From Hypanus sabinus (Eukaryota): a DNA stretch of 64,000 nt. A program made the position numbers and the translations under genes. The stretch is taken from assembly GCF_030144855.1 (NCBI RefSeq), contig NC_082738.1:35836001-35900000 (forward strand), in the 5' to 3' direction. The notes below the pieces were generated by a model. The model was not told the DNA's origin and ran no database searches. It saw nothing but the letters and a program-made list of their open reading frames with translations. Within the stretch, counting starts at the first letter, position 1, and each line of letters opens with the position of its first letter. Below, piece after piece: positions 38,871 to 51,657 of this stretch.

Positions 38871-39894
38871 CCTTTCGTAATGAACAATTCTGGCTGGGAT
38901 GCATTGCCTCCCTCCTTTGTGGCATTTCGAAGGCTGAGTTTTATCGGTGCTGTCAGAATGTGACAACACATTTCCTCTCTCGGCTGCTTGTATGTGTTTT
39001 GACATTCAGTTCAATTCCTACCAATTTCCTATCTGTTTATGCCTTAGTGATTATAGAAGCCCTATAGATATATGTAGCATAGATTTCCAAGTGTAATTTC
39101 TTCTGACGTGTACCTGCCCAGCAGCAGAATCCACCATTCATTATGCCAGGTGTGTGTCTGTGTTTGAGAGAGAAAGAGCAGGGTTTCCACTGTTCACACA
39201 GGCATTAATGCCGCTAGAAATCTCGATGCAAAGAGGAGGCAAAGAAAATACTAAGTGCTTGCCTGTGTCAATCAATGCAGCACACAGAGACCCCATTCTG
39301 TCGGCCTTGCAGTTTTTTTCCTGTCAAAGCTAAATTGCAGCTATAAGGAGGGGCTTTGGACCTGTGAGAACCTCTCTTGAAAGGGAACTCTCGGTTCCCG
39401 AATGGTCAGCTCCAAGGAATTGATTTGTGTTGGAACGGCTGGGAGAGGAGTTGTTGCAGCAGCAGATGTGCTGAAGGAGAGGGCAGCAAGAGCTGGCGAT
39501 GCTGTAAGGAGAGGCTCGCCGGGCGAGCTGCTGAGCCAGACAGTGCGAGCAAACTGCATTAAAGCGGTGACTCTCGCTTTGATTAATGAGATATGTGCCT
39601 TCTAAGTTCAGCTCTGCCACCCTGCAGGGGGGAGAGGGGATGCTCAGGGACTTCTTCATTGCCAACAAGTCATTTACTCTTCCTTTCCCTTCTCCCATTG
39701 TAATTAAAGCTTACTATGAACAAAATAATAGGCAATAGGCAGCTGGGTGGAGGAGGCAGAAAGAAAGGCAATGCTGAATACTGTGGGTGCTGTGCAGACA
39801 GCATTGTACTTTTGTTTGGCTGGTCTATACTTGCATACATTTTTGGCTGTGGCAGTTATTAATAAATTATCTTATTGTTTCTAATGCCAGAAAT

Positions 39895-40400
39895 TTAAGA
39901 ACACAGAACATTAAGGCACAGGAATAGGCCCTTTGGCCCATGAGGTCTGCACCAGGCACAATGCTGAATTAAACTCAATTCCTTCAGCCTGCACATGATC
40001 CATATTCTACCCATTCTCTGCATATTGTTATGTCTAACTAATAACCTCCTAAATGCCACAATCGCATTTGCTTCCACTATTATCCCTAGCAGCACATTTC
40101 AGGCGCCCACTACTGTGTAATTTAAAACATCTTCTCTTCACAGCTCCTGTAAATTTTCCCCCTTTCACCTTAAATGGATATTCTTTAGTAGTTGATATTT
40201 CTACCATGGAAAAAATATTCTGAGTGCCTCTCATAATTTTATAAACGTCTGTCAAGTCTCCCCTCAGTCTCTAATGCTTCAGAGAAAGCAACCTCTCCTT
40301 ATAGCTCATATCCTTGAATCCAGGCAGTAGCCTGGTGAACCATTTCTATTCTTTCCAGTTTCCACATTCTTCCTGTAATGGGGGAACTAGAATTGCATAC
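39895..40400 (-). mobile_element. Old CR1 3' fragment
   Basis: DVYKIMRG and VEANAIVAFRRLL motifs plus CR1 tail. Confidence 0.7.
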
Positions 40401-43400
40401 AGTTTCTGGGGATACTCAGCAAGTCAGAAAGCATCTGTAGATTAAGAAAAATGCAGTTAATGTTTCATGTTGGTGGCCTTCCATCAGAGCTGATTTCAGT
40501 TTCCCAGTGCACGCAGACTTTTACATTTGTTTGATATTACGTTGTTGGAACCACACTCGAGGACACTTTGAAATAGAAACCATTTTCTAAGCAGTCATCC
40601 TTTCTCCTCTCCGACTTGAAGGAGATTGCATCATTACATGAGCTAAGTGTGACCATAAGGGAAGACCCTTTTCTCTCCATAATCTATACTGAGCCAAATT
40701 TCACATTTTATTGGGCTTGGTTCACAAAGAAAAGTACATGTAATTTCTGAGATGATATATCGTGGGTGTTGCCTTCTCAAAAGGTTTGTAAACTGGCACT
40801 GATTTGAAGAGCAGGGCAGTTCTCTTTAATCTTTTGGCCAATGTTTATCCCCTTATTAAATATCACTATCTTCTCATTATCACATTTGCTGTTTGTGGGG
40901 GAACGTTGTGCTTAAATTAGTTGCCACTTCTTCTACATTTTAGCAGTGATTACAATTGAAGTTCTTGAGTAATTCTGAATTACCTTGCAACACCTTAGAG
41001 GGACAGAAAACTTAAGTTTTTCTGTCTCTTTCTCCCTTTCTACCAGGGCATTGAGTACTATTATCCAGTTGCTCAGACTGATAAATTAGAAGATAGCATT
41101 TTGCTTCAACCAGAAATTCACACCCTGGTCCTCCAGGCTTTCATTCCTGAGATTATCTTTGTGGTATCATTTGTTGGCAGTTGCTAGTTTAGAAGATCTC
41201 TTAATTCTTTTGTTTTAGATGTGGTCTTTATTAAGGCAATGTGATCACTTGTTCTGCTGAGTACTAACACAGCAAAAGAGGAACCCATTTCAGACTGGAG
41301 ATTCTGATCTGCAGCAGCAGTCTGATAGGAAGACCATCCTTGTTAATTAAGGAAACAATGGAAGCCTAAGTAATTGTGCCTATTAATCAAATTTCAAAGC
41401 AATTTTTTTCCGCCTTCTCTCTTCTGCTCTAACTGCACTGGTACCAGGATAGTTATTGGGTCACTAAAAGTGTCATTTCTCTTTCCATTTGGAGACAGTC
41501 ATATCAGACTGTTGGACTATGGAAGCATCACTCAAAAGTTAATCAGATGAACAACTGACCTCCCATCTATTCCTTCTTTCCAAAGTGTTATATTCTATTT
41601 GGATGAGTTAATTTTTATTGATAAAAAATCCACAATCCAACATTTATTGATCATTCTAAAATGCAGTGTTGGTTGAAGGGAAAGTATGCTTGGTTGAGCT
41701 CATGATGCAACAACCTGACAGCTTTCTTCATCACCATTATTTCCTGGTGCTAAATCACAAATTACCAGATCTAACAAGTGCAATCCCTAGCCATGGTAGG
41801 ATTTGAACTCCACTCCAGAGACAGGAGCAGATTAATCTGGGCTAACACTTGTGGTACAACACTGGTGGACAAAGTGTTGTGCTGTTGGAGGTGCTGTTCT
41901 TCATTAATGTTCTGCCTGCTCATCAGCTGTGCATCAAAGGTCTGGTTTTGAAGATGAAAAGGGAGTTGTCTCTGGTGACCATTTTTCACTTAACTAGCAT
42001 CAAATGATCTGACTCTAATCAAAGTGTGGTTTGTGAAGCTCGCTGTGTGCAAATTGGCTGTTACGTAGCTGACATTGCAATAGTGACTACACTAATTAGA
42101 GATTAGCAGCCAATCAAAGATCAGGACTCATCAGCAAGGGCCAATAAAAATAAGGCAGGGGTAAGTGGGAGTGGACACTGTTAGAGTGGGAGTTTGAGGC
42201 TTTAGCTCTTCAAGGCTTCAGTGGGAGAAGGTGAAAAACTGCAGGTAGACTTTTTTTCAGTTTATTTATAGTTTCCTTCTTTATAATTACACAGTTGGAA
42301 CAGGAGGGGTGCCAGGCAGGGTCGTGGAATGCTTCTCTTGCGGGATGTAGGAAGGAGGAAGTCCTTCAGTATCCCTGATAAGTTCACCTGCAAGAAGAGA
42401 ATCCAGTTGCAGCTTCTAACACTCCACACTAAGGATTGGAGCTGGAACTGGATGAACTCTGGATCATTCAGGAGTCTGAGGGAGTGACTGGCAGGACAGA
42501 TAGAGAGGTAGTTACAGCCAAGTTGCAGGACATAAGGAAACTGGGTGACAGTCAGGAAGGTGAAAGGGGTTAAGGAGCCAGTGTAGGGTAACCCTGTGGC
42601 CATCCCCCTCAACAACAGGTGTATCAATTTGGATACTGTTGGGGGCATGACCTATCAGAGGAAAGACACAGCAGTTAGGTCTCTGGCATTGACTCTGGCT
42701 CTGTGGCTCAGAAAGTAAGCGGGGAGGAGAAGAGGAGAGCTGTGGTGATAGAGGATTTGTTAGTTAGTGGTACAGAAAGGAGGTTCTGTGGACGAGAATG
42801 AGGTTTTCAGATGGTATGTTGCCTCCCAGGTGCCAGGGTCCAGGACCATCTTGGATCGAGTCCTCAGCATTCTTAAGTGGGAGGGTGAGCAGCCAGAGGT
42901 CTGGGTCCATATAGGTACCAATGACATAGGAAGGAAGAAAGACAAGGTTCTGTAAAAGGAGCTCAGGGAATTAGGTGCTAAGTTAAAGGACAGGACCTCC
43001 AGGGTTGTGATCTCAGGATTGCTACCCGTGCCATGTGCCAATGAGGCTGGAAATGGGAAGATCATACAGTATAACACGTGGCTAAGAAGTTGCAGAAGTT
43101 GCCTGCACAGAAGAGATGGTTTATACTTAAACTGGAGGGGAACTAATATCTTGGCGGGAAGGTTTGCTAGTACTGCATACTGCAGTGGGGGCGGGGTGAG
43201 GGGTTTAAACTAGATTTGCAAGGGAATGGGAACTAGAGTGCCAGAACAGATAGTGGAGAGGTTGTGGAGAAAGATATTGCTGAGACCTCAGACAAAATCA
43301 GGAATCAAAAGGTTGAGCATGGGACTAATATTCTGAGTTCTGTATATTTTAACACAAGGAGTACTGTAGGAAAGGCAGATGAGCTCAGGGCATGGATCAA

Positions 43401-43595
43401 TACCTGGAATTATGATATTGTAGCCATTAGTGAGACTTGTTTGTGGGTGGGGGGGCCATGACTGGAAGCTCTATATTTTGGGGTTCCTTTGTTTTAGATA
43501 TGACAGAGCAGAAGGGATTAAAGGGGGAGGGGTGGCATTACTAGTCAGGGAAAATGTCACGACTGTGCACAGTCAGGACAGCCTGGAGAACTCAT

Positions 43596-44055
43596 CTTAT
43601 CATCATCATCATTATGTGCCATGTCATATGACGTGGCGATCATGGTCTTTCCACAACCATGGTTGTTTTTGGCAGATTTTTCTACAGTAGTGGTTGGCCA
43701 TTGCCTTCTTCTGGGCAGTGTCTTTACAAAACAGGTGACCCCAGTCATCACCAATATTCCTGATGAAGGGTTTCGGCCCGAAACGTCATCATTACCTCCT
43801 CCCATAGACGCCGTCTGGCCTGCTGAGTTCTGCCAGCATTTTGTGTTTTTATTTATTTCCAGCATCTGCAGATTCACTCGTGTTGACTCCTCGGTGGTGG
43901 CATAACCAGGACTTGTGATATGCATCACCTGCTCCCACGGCTTCACATAAGCCTGATCGGGGGTGGGGGGGGGGCTAAGCAGGTGCTGCACCTTGCCTAA
44001 CGGTGACCTGCAGGCTAGCGGAGGGAAGGAGCAACTTACACCTCCTCTAGTATCC
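43596..44055 (-). mobile_element. RTE-related SINE/short element nested in CR1 and itself interrupted by a Penelope pLTR (~43757-43884)
   Basis: Minus-strand GAAGGCAATGGC.AACCACT motif typical of BovB/RTE-associated SINEs, and a (GAT)n tail. Confidence 0.55.
43760..43788 (+). ncRNA. Minimal type-I hammerhead ribozyme core in a Penelope pLTR fragment
   Basis: CUGAUGA-A-GGGU(UUCG)GCCC-GAAAC-GUC: intact catalytic boxes and palindromic ACGU stem III. The 5' strand of stem I appears lost at the insertion edge. Confidence 0.7.
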
Positions 44056-46829
44056 ACTCAGTTTAGTTGTTTAGTGAGGCTTTATGGATGGAACTGAGCA
44101 ATAAGAAAGGCATGACCACATTATAGTACAGACCACCAAATAGTCCACAGGATTTAAAGACAAATTTGTAGAGAGATCACAGATTGCTGCAAGAAACAGA
44201 AGGTTGTGATAGTAGGTGATTTTAACTTTCCAGTAGTGAGCATATGAGCTTATGGTTTGGGGTCGATTTCAATTTCAGTGTTAGGAAGTTTGGATAGGTA
44301 CATGCGCAGGAGGGGTATGGAGAGCTATGGTCCGGGTGCATGTCAGTAGGACTTGACAGTTTTGTCACAGCTCAGATTGGCCGAAGAGCCCGTTTCTGTG
44401 CTGTTATTTTCTATTACTCTGTAACTCTATGATTGCTTCATTGCTTTGAGTTATTCAGAGATCACGGAAGTCATTCCATAAAGAAAAGTTCTTTATAAGC
44501 TATATTCTCTGTATTTAGCCATTTTCATTCTTTTTAGAAAATCATGATGAAGGCAGTTCAGCTCATTAGTTCTGTGAAAGAGCAGTCATATCTTACACTT
44601 GCAACCTGTTTAATTGTTGATATCCCTGTATTTCCAAACACCTTCCTATTAAAATTAGGTACCCATACTTGTGTCAATGCTGAGCTTGATTAGATGTACA
44701 TATATTTTTATGTGTGACTATCCTGCATTTTTTTTGGAGAAATTATCCTTGTTGGGAGAAGTTGCTGCAGTTTTCTAGTTTCTTTTAACAGTTTTTTTCG
44801 TTTCTTTTAACAGTTTTTTCTGAGTAAATTGATTTAATCTGCTGTATAAGACACTTTTTGGTGTCAGTCTCCAACTCATTGATTGATACATTGCTGCCAA
44901 TAAACAATTTGTTCAAATTATTTATACAATTTGCCAGGGAGTGTTCCAGATGCCAATAGCTGAGTATTTTGAAAATTTGTGGGAATCGTTAATAGTAGAT
45001 GAATGCATCTTTGTAAAAGGAATGATGTGGTTGGCTGTTCGGTCATTGGATACCGGTGAGTGTTAAAAGGCCACGTATTTTAGATGAAGTGGAAGGTCAG
45101 AAACAGTGTTGTTCAAGGTCATGGAAGTGACTAAGGTTAACTTGTGCTTTGTTCCTTTAGCCAATGAATTACTCTCTTTTGTTTTATGAAGCGAATGACA
45201 CCCTTGAATAAGTTTTGAGCTTTCAGCTCCACTCTGATTGACTATCTGACTACCGCACTGTGTTTAGAACTGTCACCCCAGCCTGATTAAAATAAGAATC
45301 CAATGCAAACTCCATGATCCCCATGGAGTTTTTATGAGTTGTTCTCAATGTTTTCAAATAACCCTCTTCTATTCAGGAACATTTCAAAGTGTTGAAAATA
45401 TTGTTGAAGTAAGCTTGGCGCCATGGCAACGTACATTATAAAGAACTGAATGCTGGCTTGGCCTGCCTTATCATTGTGTCTTGCTGTTTTGATGATGACA
45501 TTTCATAATCATGCAAGTTGCCCAACTTCTGTGTAGAGAGGTGAACAATTTTTCCTCTTACTCCTTCCCAACCTTTGAAGATGTCCTTTCCGGAAGTTGA
45601 ACCTTTACCTTGTTTCCCAGTAATTTAACTACTTTACTAAAATGAAACTGACAAAGTCTTGAAGTGTAATCCAGCAAAGCAAAGCATGACATGGTCCAGT
45701 CCTTCTAATTGGCTTATTATTGTTATGTGTACCAAGGTACAGTGAAAAACTTTGATTTGCATGCCGTCCAGATAGATCATCTCACTGCAGGTAGTACAAA
45801 AGGAAAAGTAATAACAGAATACAAAATATCATCTTACAGTTCCAGAAAAAGTGCAGCACAAATAGACAATAAGGTGCAAGGCCAACAATGAGGTAGATTG
45901 GGAGATCAAGAGTTTACCTTTATCATAGAACAGGTTCATTCAAGAGTCTTATAACAGCGGAATGGAAGTTGTCCTTTAACTTTCTCATAGTTACTAAATG
46001 TAGGGTGTAGATATTAGGAGGAATCACATGGTTTGCAGATGGTAATAACTTGCTAAATGGGGAGCACAAAAATAGTAGTCATGCTATTTTCAAAGTATTT
46101 CCTCTATTGTCCGAGTTTCTTTTCAGAGTATTTATTACTGACATTGTGTCAGCCAGCGGATCAAGGAGGGGGTGGTACATATGACTCAGCAGACAGTCTA
46201 TTGTAGAGCAAAGTGAATTTCCCCATGAAACTACGTCTGTTTAAAAAATAAAACGAAACTGCAGCAACTTCTCCCATCAAAGGCAGGGTAATTTCTCTTG
46301 AGAGAACATGCAGTGAATGGAGGATAGTTGCATATAAATGGTGTGGATTAAAATAAGCAATTATTATTACTTACTGCAGTTTTGTTACCAAGCTTGATTG
46401 ACAGTTGAACTACCCAATCATCCCCTCTCTAGCTGTCTATTGAGTCATAACTAAGCAGTTTTTTTCCTTTTGACATTTATTTTCACTCGTCTTCCTTCCC
46501 CATTATCATTTTATTGATTACATCACTTATTAGCAGACAGGAGCACATCCCTTTCTCTGTTCCATACAGATTACTTGTGTTTGCATATACTGTTGTTATT
46601 AATTGTATGCAAGAGATTAACTGGCATGTAATGTGAGGGCACATTCCTCTGTAGTTTGTGCTGAGAATTGGAGTACTGATTTGATGAAGCAATGAGGCTT
46701 TTTCTTATGCTTACATTTTATTTTTTTTTCCATGCACAACAATTTGTAGCAAAAAAAGACAGCTTCATTCTGATCAAAATACTGCCTTGGGTTCAGTGAT
46801 GTACTCCAGCCTTTTCAGTGCCCTTTTCT

Positions 46830-47245
46830 TTGGAGCGGTGGAAACTGAGGGGATAGACATTTATAAGATTATGAGAGGCACAGATAGAGTAGACGGCCAG
46901 TATTGTTTCCCATATCTTTTCAAGATACGTACTGTATGTAATACCAGAGGGCTTGCATTTAAGATGAGAAGGGGCAGGTTTAGAGAAGATGTGCAGGCCA
47001 AGTTTTTTTACACAGAACGGTGGGTGCCTGGAATGTACTTCCCGGAGTAGTGGTGGAGGCAACTGTGATGGAGGTGCTCAACAGGCTCTTAGGCAGCCAT
47101 ATGAATGTGCAGGAAATAGACGATATGAATATTGTGTAGGCGGAAAGGGTTAGTTGAGTTAGGTGTTTAGGTACTAGTTTAATTAGTTTGGTGCAACATC
47201 GTGGGCAGGAGAGCCTCTTCCTGTGCTGTACTGTTCTTTGTTCCT
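46830..47245 (+). mobile_element. Old CR1 3' fragment
   Basis: IDIYKIMRGTDRVD...NTRGLAFK motifs and tail. Confidence 0.7.
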
Positions 47246-49787
47246 GGTCATCATTACATGCTCCTCTCCAAGTTCACCTGTGTATGAATGTAGCAATGGA
47301 AGCGAGGCAAGTAGTTAAACTGCCTTGACAATGGCCACCTTGGTCAGGTGCACTTGAGACCTAAGAGCAGCCCCATGAAGACGGTAAATGCTGCCCTTTC
47401 CTGTGACCACTATGTTATATGCATAAACTGAAAAATGTTAATTGGGTGAATTTCCTTTTTCCATGCTATTCCCAGTTATTACATTGAATAAATTTGACTC
47501 AAGATGGGAACTCACAATGACTGGCTGGTGCATGTTGAACAAGTTCCTTGGGCACTTTAAGGAGCTGCACTTTTATGGCCTTTCCCTCAAGTGAATAAAG
47601 GAAAGAAGCGAGATGATTGTGAATGCAGAACTATTTTAAGTTAAAAACATGTAGGGTCAAAAGGTTGTGAACTCAAGCGTGATTTAATATGTGTGAATGC
47701 AACATCTAGGTTGATTCTTCATAAAGGGACCATTGCACTATGAGGGTCATCAACCCAACCAAGGAACCTTAAGAGGTCCTTACTTGGTACTTGAAGAGTC
47801 TATGTGATCACTCGGCCAATATCCTCCCCCACCCCTCACCACAACAAAGGATAGAAAGATAGTCGGGTAAGAGTTCCTGATAGTGAAGGAGATTTGATGG
47901 GTGAATACGGGAACATGTACATGGGCAGTGGAAGGAGACTCATTGGGTACATAGAGGCTGCAAACTGGTATATGCGTGGAGTGAAATGAATACGACTGAG
48001 GTATTGTGTTCTTTCCTGTGTTATAAGAGGTCTCCCTGACTTGTTCTCGTCACCTTCTGCTGACCTGGGATCAAGTCACCTGGATATTGTCATGGAAAGG
48101 GCCATTGGATTGTGAGGGAAACAATTTGAAAATAAATGTGCTCTTTTGTTTTCAAGAAGCATGGTTTTAGCTTTTCTTGCTCATTCTTATTCTCTGATGC
48201 TCCAAAGTAAAAGCATAACAATTTCCCATTGCAGTTACTGTTGAATTTTCATGAGCATGTGGGAAGGTGGGCAGCACACCACAGGAGGTTGGAAATGATG
48301 ATTTTACACGGAGAAAGCTTGATCTGACTCATTGTAGGAGGAGGAAAGGAAATATTTTAACTTTGCAGAGGAGGATTACGATATGTTTGCATTTCAGAAA
48401 GGCATTTCCCAAACAAAATCTATGATATTTAATTTTCATATACAAAAGATATGCTAAGCTTTAGTCTCAATGTAAAACTCGCCATTTATCTGTTCCACAA
48501 AGACATGAGCACAGAAATCCAGAGTGGTATCAAGAGAGTTCTGTGGTGTTGGAGATATTTAGGTCTTTTAGGTGTTAAACTGAGTCTGACTGATCTCGCT
48601 GGTGGAAGTGAAGAATCTCATGGTCACTATTTTACAGGGGGTTATCTCTGGTGTCCTGGCAAATATTCATCCCTCAATCAACCTTTCAATTGTTTATAGC
48701 AGGCTGCTGAATGATAATCTGCTTCCACATTTTCTACGTTACAACAGTGACTGTACCTGCAGATATACAGTACTGAGAGTAAAATGCCTCGTGATGTCCT
48801 GAAAGGGATGTGAAAGGCACTATAGAAATGCTGGGTCAGTGCTGCTCTGTGATCCTGCACTGATTAGGAACATGGGAAAAGCCCAACACATCTTATTCCA
48901 TTCTTCCTTCCCCTTCTCTCCTCCCTTGTCTCCCTTCTGCACAACACTCATAGTCAGAGAGAGATACAGAATGGAAACACACTCCTCAACTTAAGTCCCG
49001 GCCAGGCAGCAAGAACTCATTTTATACTCCTCCTACCTTAACTCATTTTATTCTCCCACATTCCCAACAACTCTTCCCCTCCAGATTCAACCACTCACTA
49101 AGGGTGATTTGCAGTGGCTAATTAACATACCAACCTGTACTTTTTTGCGATGTGGGGGGGGGGGGGGAACTGGAGAAAACCCATGCAGTCACTGTGAAGA
49201 CATGCAAATTTCATGCAATTAGAGCCAGATGTCAGGATCGAACCTGGATCACTGGAGCTATGAGTCAGCTGCACCATGAGCTGCATCACCGTGCCACCCA
49301 TTTAACCTTCAGCTCAGTTGAGATGGTAGATTGCAAAGAGTTGTTGTTTCCCTCCCTTCTCACATTCTACTTTTGTATGAGCCTCCTCCAGACTAGCACC
49401 CTACCCACCCACCCCTCAAAGCTATCCCAACCTAAGACCAATTGTCTCATAACCAGCTGTAACATTTCCCCTCACCAGTCATTATACCCCAGCTACCCCA
49501 CTGCACATGCTCATCGGGGAAGGAGCTTTTCCCTTTATCCATGTAGAGGTACATGAAAGAATGAGAAAAACATAACTGAAACAAAAAAATGGGTTGCAAA
49601 ATGGAGATGGGATTTAATACGTTCAAGCATGAGGTGTTACACTTTGGGAGGACTTGATCTTAGATTGTTAGATTGATCTTAGAGTAGGTTAAAAGATCGG
49701 CACAACATCTTGACCAAAGAGCCTTTACTGTGCTGTTATGTTCATTGTACTTCAAGATCAATCTAACCCTTCCCTCCTACATAATCC

Positions 49788-50001
49788 TGTAGCGGTGTGC
49801 TACAAACAGCGCTAAAATTACGACACGGAGTCGGTAACTGCAGTCGAAGGAAAAACTTTATTCGAAAACTTCAGCCTCACTTTTAAGCCTCTGTCAACCG
49901 GCCCCCCATGGCGAAGAGGCTCCAAAGCTCTGTGCTCGCAAACCCCCGTAGGCTATCTAATTGTGAGTCGGTTCGCATACGCTAGGAAATGAGCCGCCAC
50001 A
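49788..50001 (-). repeat. 3' LTR (214 bp)
   Basis: Preceded on the minus strand by the G-rich polypurine tract (GGGGGGGGG-TTA, 50002-50013). Confidence 0.97.
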
Positions 50002-51156
50002 TAACCCCCCCCCAGAACCGGCGATACACCCCCCAATGTCCACAGCCTGGGCCAGAACCTGCTTGGGAGGTCGGCCTCTGCGCCGAGGCGCCGGAAACTC
50101 GGCCGGTTGCGCCAGGTCCACATGGGCCGGCTTGAGGCGGTCCACCGTGAAAACCTCCTCCTTCCCCCCAACGTCCAGCACGAACGTGGACCCGTTGTTC
50201 CGGAGCACCGTAAACGGCCCCTCGTATGGCCGCTGCAGCGGTGGCCGATGCCCGCCCCTTCGTACAAACACAAACTTACAGTTCCGTAGGTCTTTGGGTA
50301 CGCAGGTCGGGTGCCGCCCATGCTGTGAAGTGGGTATGGGGGCCAGGTTACCGAGCTTCTCGCGAAGTCTGCCCAGGACTGCAGCGGGTTCTTCCTCTTG
50401 CCCCCTCGGGGCTGGTAGGAACTCCCCGGGGACGGCCAGGGGCGCGCCGTATACCAACTCGGCCGACGAGGCGTGCAGGTCGTCCTTGGGCGCTGTGCGG
50501 ATGCCGAGAAGGACCCAGGGAAGCTCGTCCGCCCAGTTGGCTCCTCGCAGGCGGGCCATGAGGGCCGACTTCAGGTGACGGTGGAAACGCTCCACTAGCC
50601 CGTTCGACTGTGGGTGGTAGGCAGTGGTGTGGTGCAGCTGAGTCCCCAAAAGGCTGGCCATAGCTGACCACAGGCTGGAGGTGAACTGGGCGCCTCTGTC
50701 GGAGGTAATGTGGGCTGGTACACCAAAGCGGGATATCCAGGTGGCGATCAGGGCTCGGGCGCAAGATTCGGAGGTGGTGTCGGTGAGCGGGACCGCCTCT
50801 GGCCATCTTGTGAACCGGTCCACGATAGTCAGGAGGTAACGCGCTCCGCGCGACACTGGCAGGGGGCCCACGATATCCACATGAATGTGGTCGAAACGCC
50901 GGTGGGTGGGATGGAACTGCTGCGGTGGGGCTTTGGTGTGCCGCTGAACCTTGGCCGTCTGGCAGTGCATGCACGTCCTGGCCCATTCACTGACCTGTTT
51001 GCGGAGTCCGTGCCAAACGAACCTGCTGGAAACCATCCGGACAGTTGTCCGGATGGAGGGATGCGCCAAGTTATGAATGGAGTCGAAAACCCGTCGCCGC
51101 CAGGCTGCGGGGACGACCGGACGGAACTGTTGGCGCTCTACCTGGCAATCCGGCAT
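49957..51156 (-). CDS. Integrase ORF (399 aa) starting at an ATG inside the inverted segment
   Basis: HHCC zinc finger (HNLAH...CMHC), DDE triad (HVDIV, TSDRG, VERFH) and GPY/F-type C-terminal motif (RPYEGPF). No stops; the ORF ends inside the 3' LTR. Translation is unproven. Confidence 0.8.
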   Translation of the reverse strand: MPDCQVERQQFRPVVPAAWRRRVFDSIHNLAHPSIRTTVRMVSSRFVWHGLRKQVSEWARTCMHCQTAKVQRHTKAPPQQFHPTHRRFDHIHVDIVGPLPVSRGARYLLTIVDRFTRWPEAVPLTDTTSESCARALIATWISRFGVPAHITSDRGAQFTSSLWSAMASLLGTQLHHTTAYHPQSNGLVERFHRHLKSALMARLRGANWADELPWVLLGIRTAPKDDLHASSAELVYGAPLAVPGEFLPAPRGQEEEPAAVLGRLREKLGNLAPIPTSQHGRHPTCVPKDLRNCKFVFVRRGGHRPPLQRPYEGPFTVLRNNGSTFVLDVGGKEEVFTVDRLKPAHVDLAQPAEFPAPRRRGRPPKQVLAQAVDIGGCIAGSGGGLCGGSFPSVCEPTHN

Positions 51157-51529
51157 TTCAGGTACTTCCTAGAAGGTCGGCCCTTCACCGCGTTCACGGA
51201 CCACAAACCGCTTACCTTTGCGTTTACGAAAGCATCCGACCCCTGGTCATCCCGCCAGCAACGCCACCTGTCCTACATCTCTGAATACACAACGGATGTC
51301 CGGCACGTCTCGGGTAAGGACAATGTCGTGGCGGATGCGCTCTCTCGCCCTACCGTTCATGCCCTTTCCCAAGGGGTAGACTTTGAGGCACTGGCAGAGG
51401 CACAGCAGGTAGATGAGGAGATTCCGAGTTACAGGACTGCAGTCTCTGGTTTGCAGCTCCAGGACTTCCCCGTGGGCCCAGGTGAGAGGACCCTACTCTG
51501 TGACGTCGCCACCAACCAGCCCCGTCCGG
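51125..51529 (+). pseudogene. pol: Inverted RNase H C-terminal half and linker of pol
   Basis: ELLALYLAIRHFRYFLEGRPFTAFTDHKPL...RQQRHL...GKDNVVADALSR...CDVATNQPRP on the + strand, opposite to the rest of the element. Its end QPRP continues natively into RPVVPAAWRRRVF of the minus-strand integrase. Confidence 0.93.
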
Positions 51530-51657
51530 CTGCGAGTGTCGTAACTTGTCGGAGGTAAAACGCTGACCTCAGCCCCAGTATCGACTAAAAAGCGGCGTCC
51601 CGACCTGCTATCCCACACATACAGGAGGCTATCCCGATGGCCAGCCGCCGTAGCCAT
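51526..51657 (-). pseudogene. pol: Truncated aspartic protease (5' part of pol)
   Basis: FLVDTGAEVSVLP catalytic motif, cut after YDTRSR at the inversion junction; the frame stops at 51493. Confidence 0.9.

Larger units (their letters stand above)
42090..44240 (+). mobile_element. CR1 LINE 5' half: ORF1 (Cys finger + SGNH/GDSL esterase) and start of ORF2 APE endonuclease, with nested insertions
   Basis: VEC.SCGM, HIGTNDIG and RDGL.LN..G (esterase); YFN.RS.VGKADELRAWI..WNYDIVAISET, GGGVALLV, YRPP and VGDFNFP (APE). Confidence 0.85.

Noticed and set aside
44778-44820. 22-bp tandem duplication (tttcttttaacagtttttt) resembling doubled splice acceptors
   Set aside because: A simple slippage duplication with no downstream exon evidence.
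50710-51558. 282-aa plus-strand ORF as a novel gene
   Set aside because: It is a chimera of antisense integrase sequence and the inverted RNase H piece, with a GTG start, and is explained by the inversion and high GC content.
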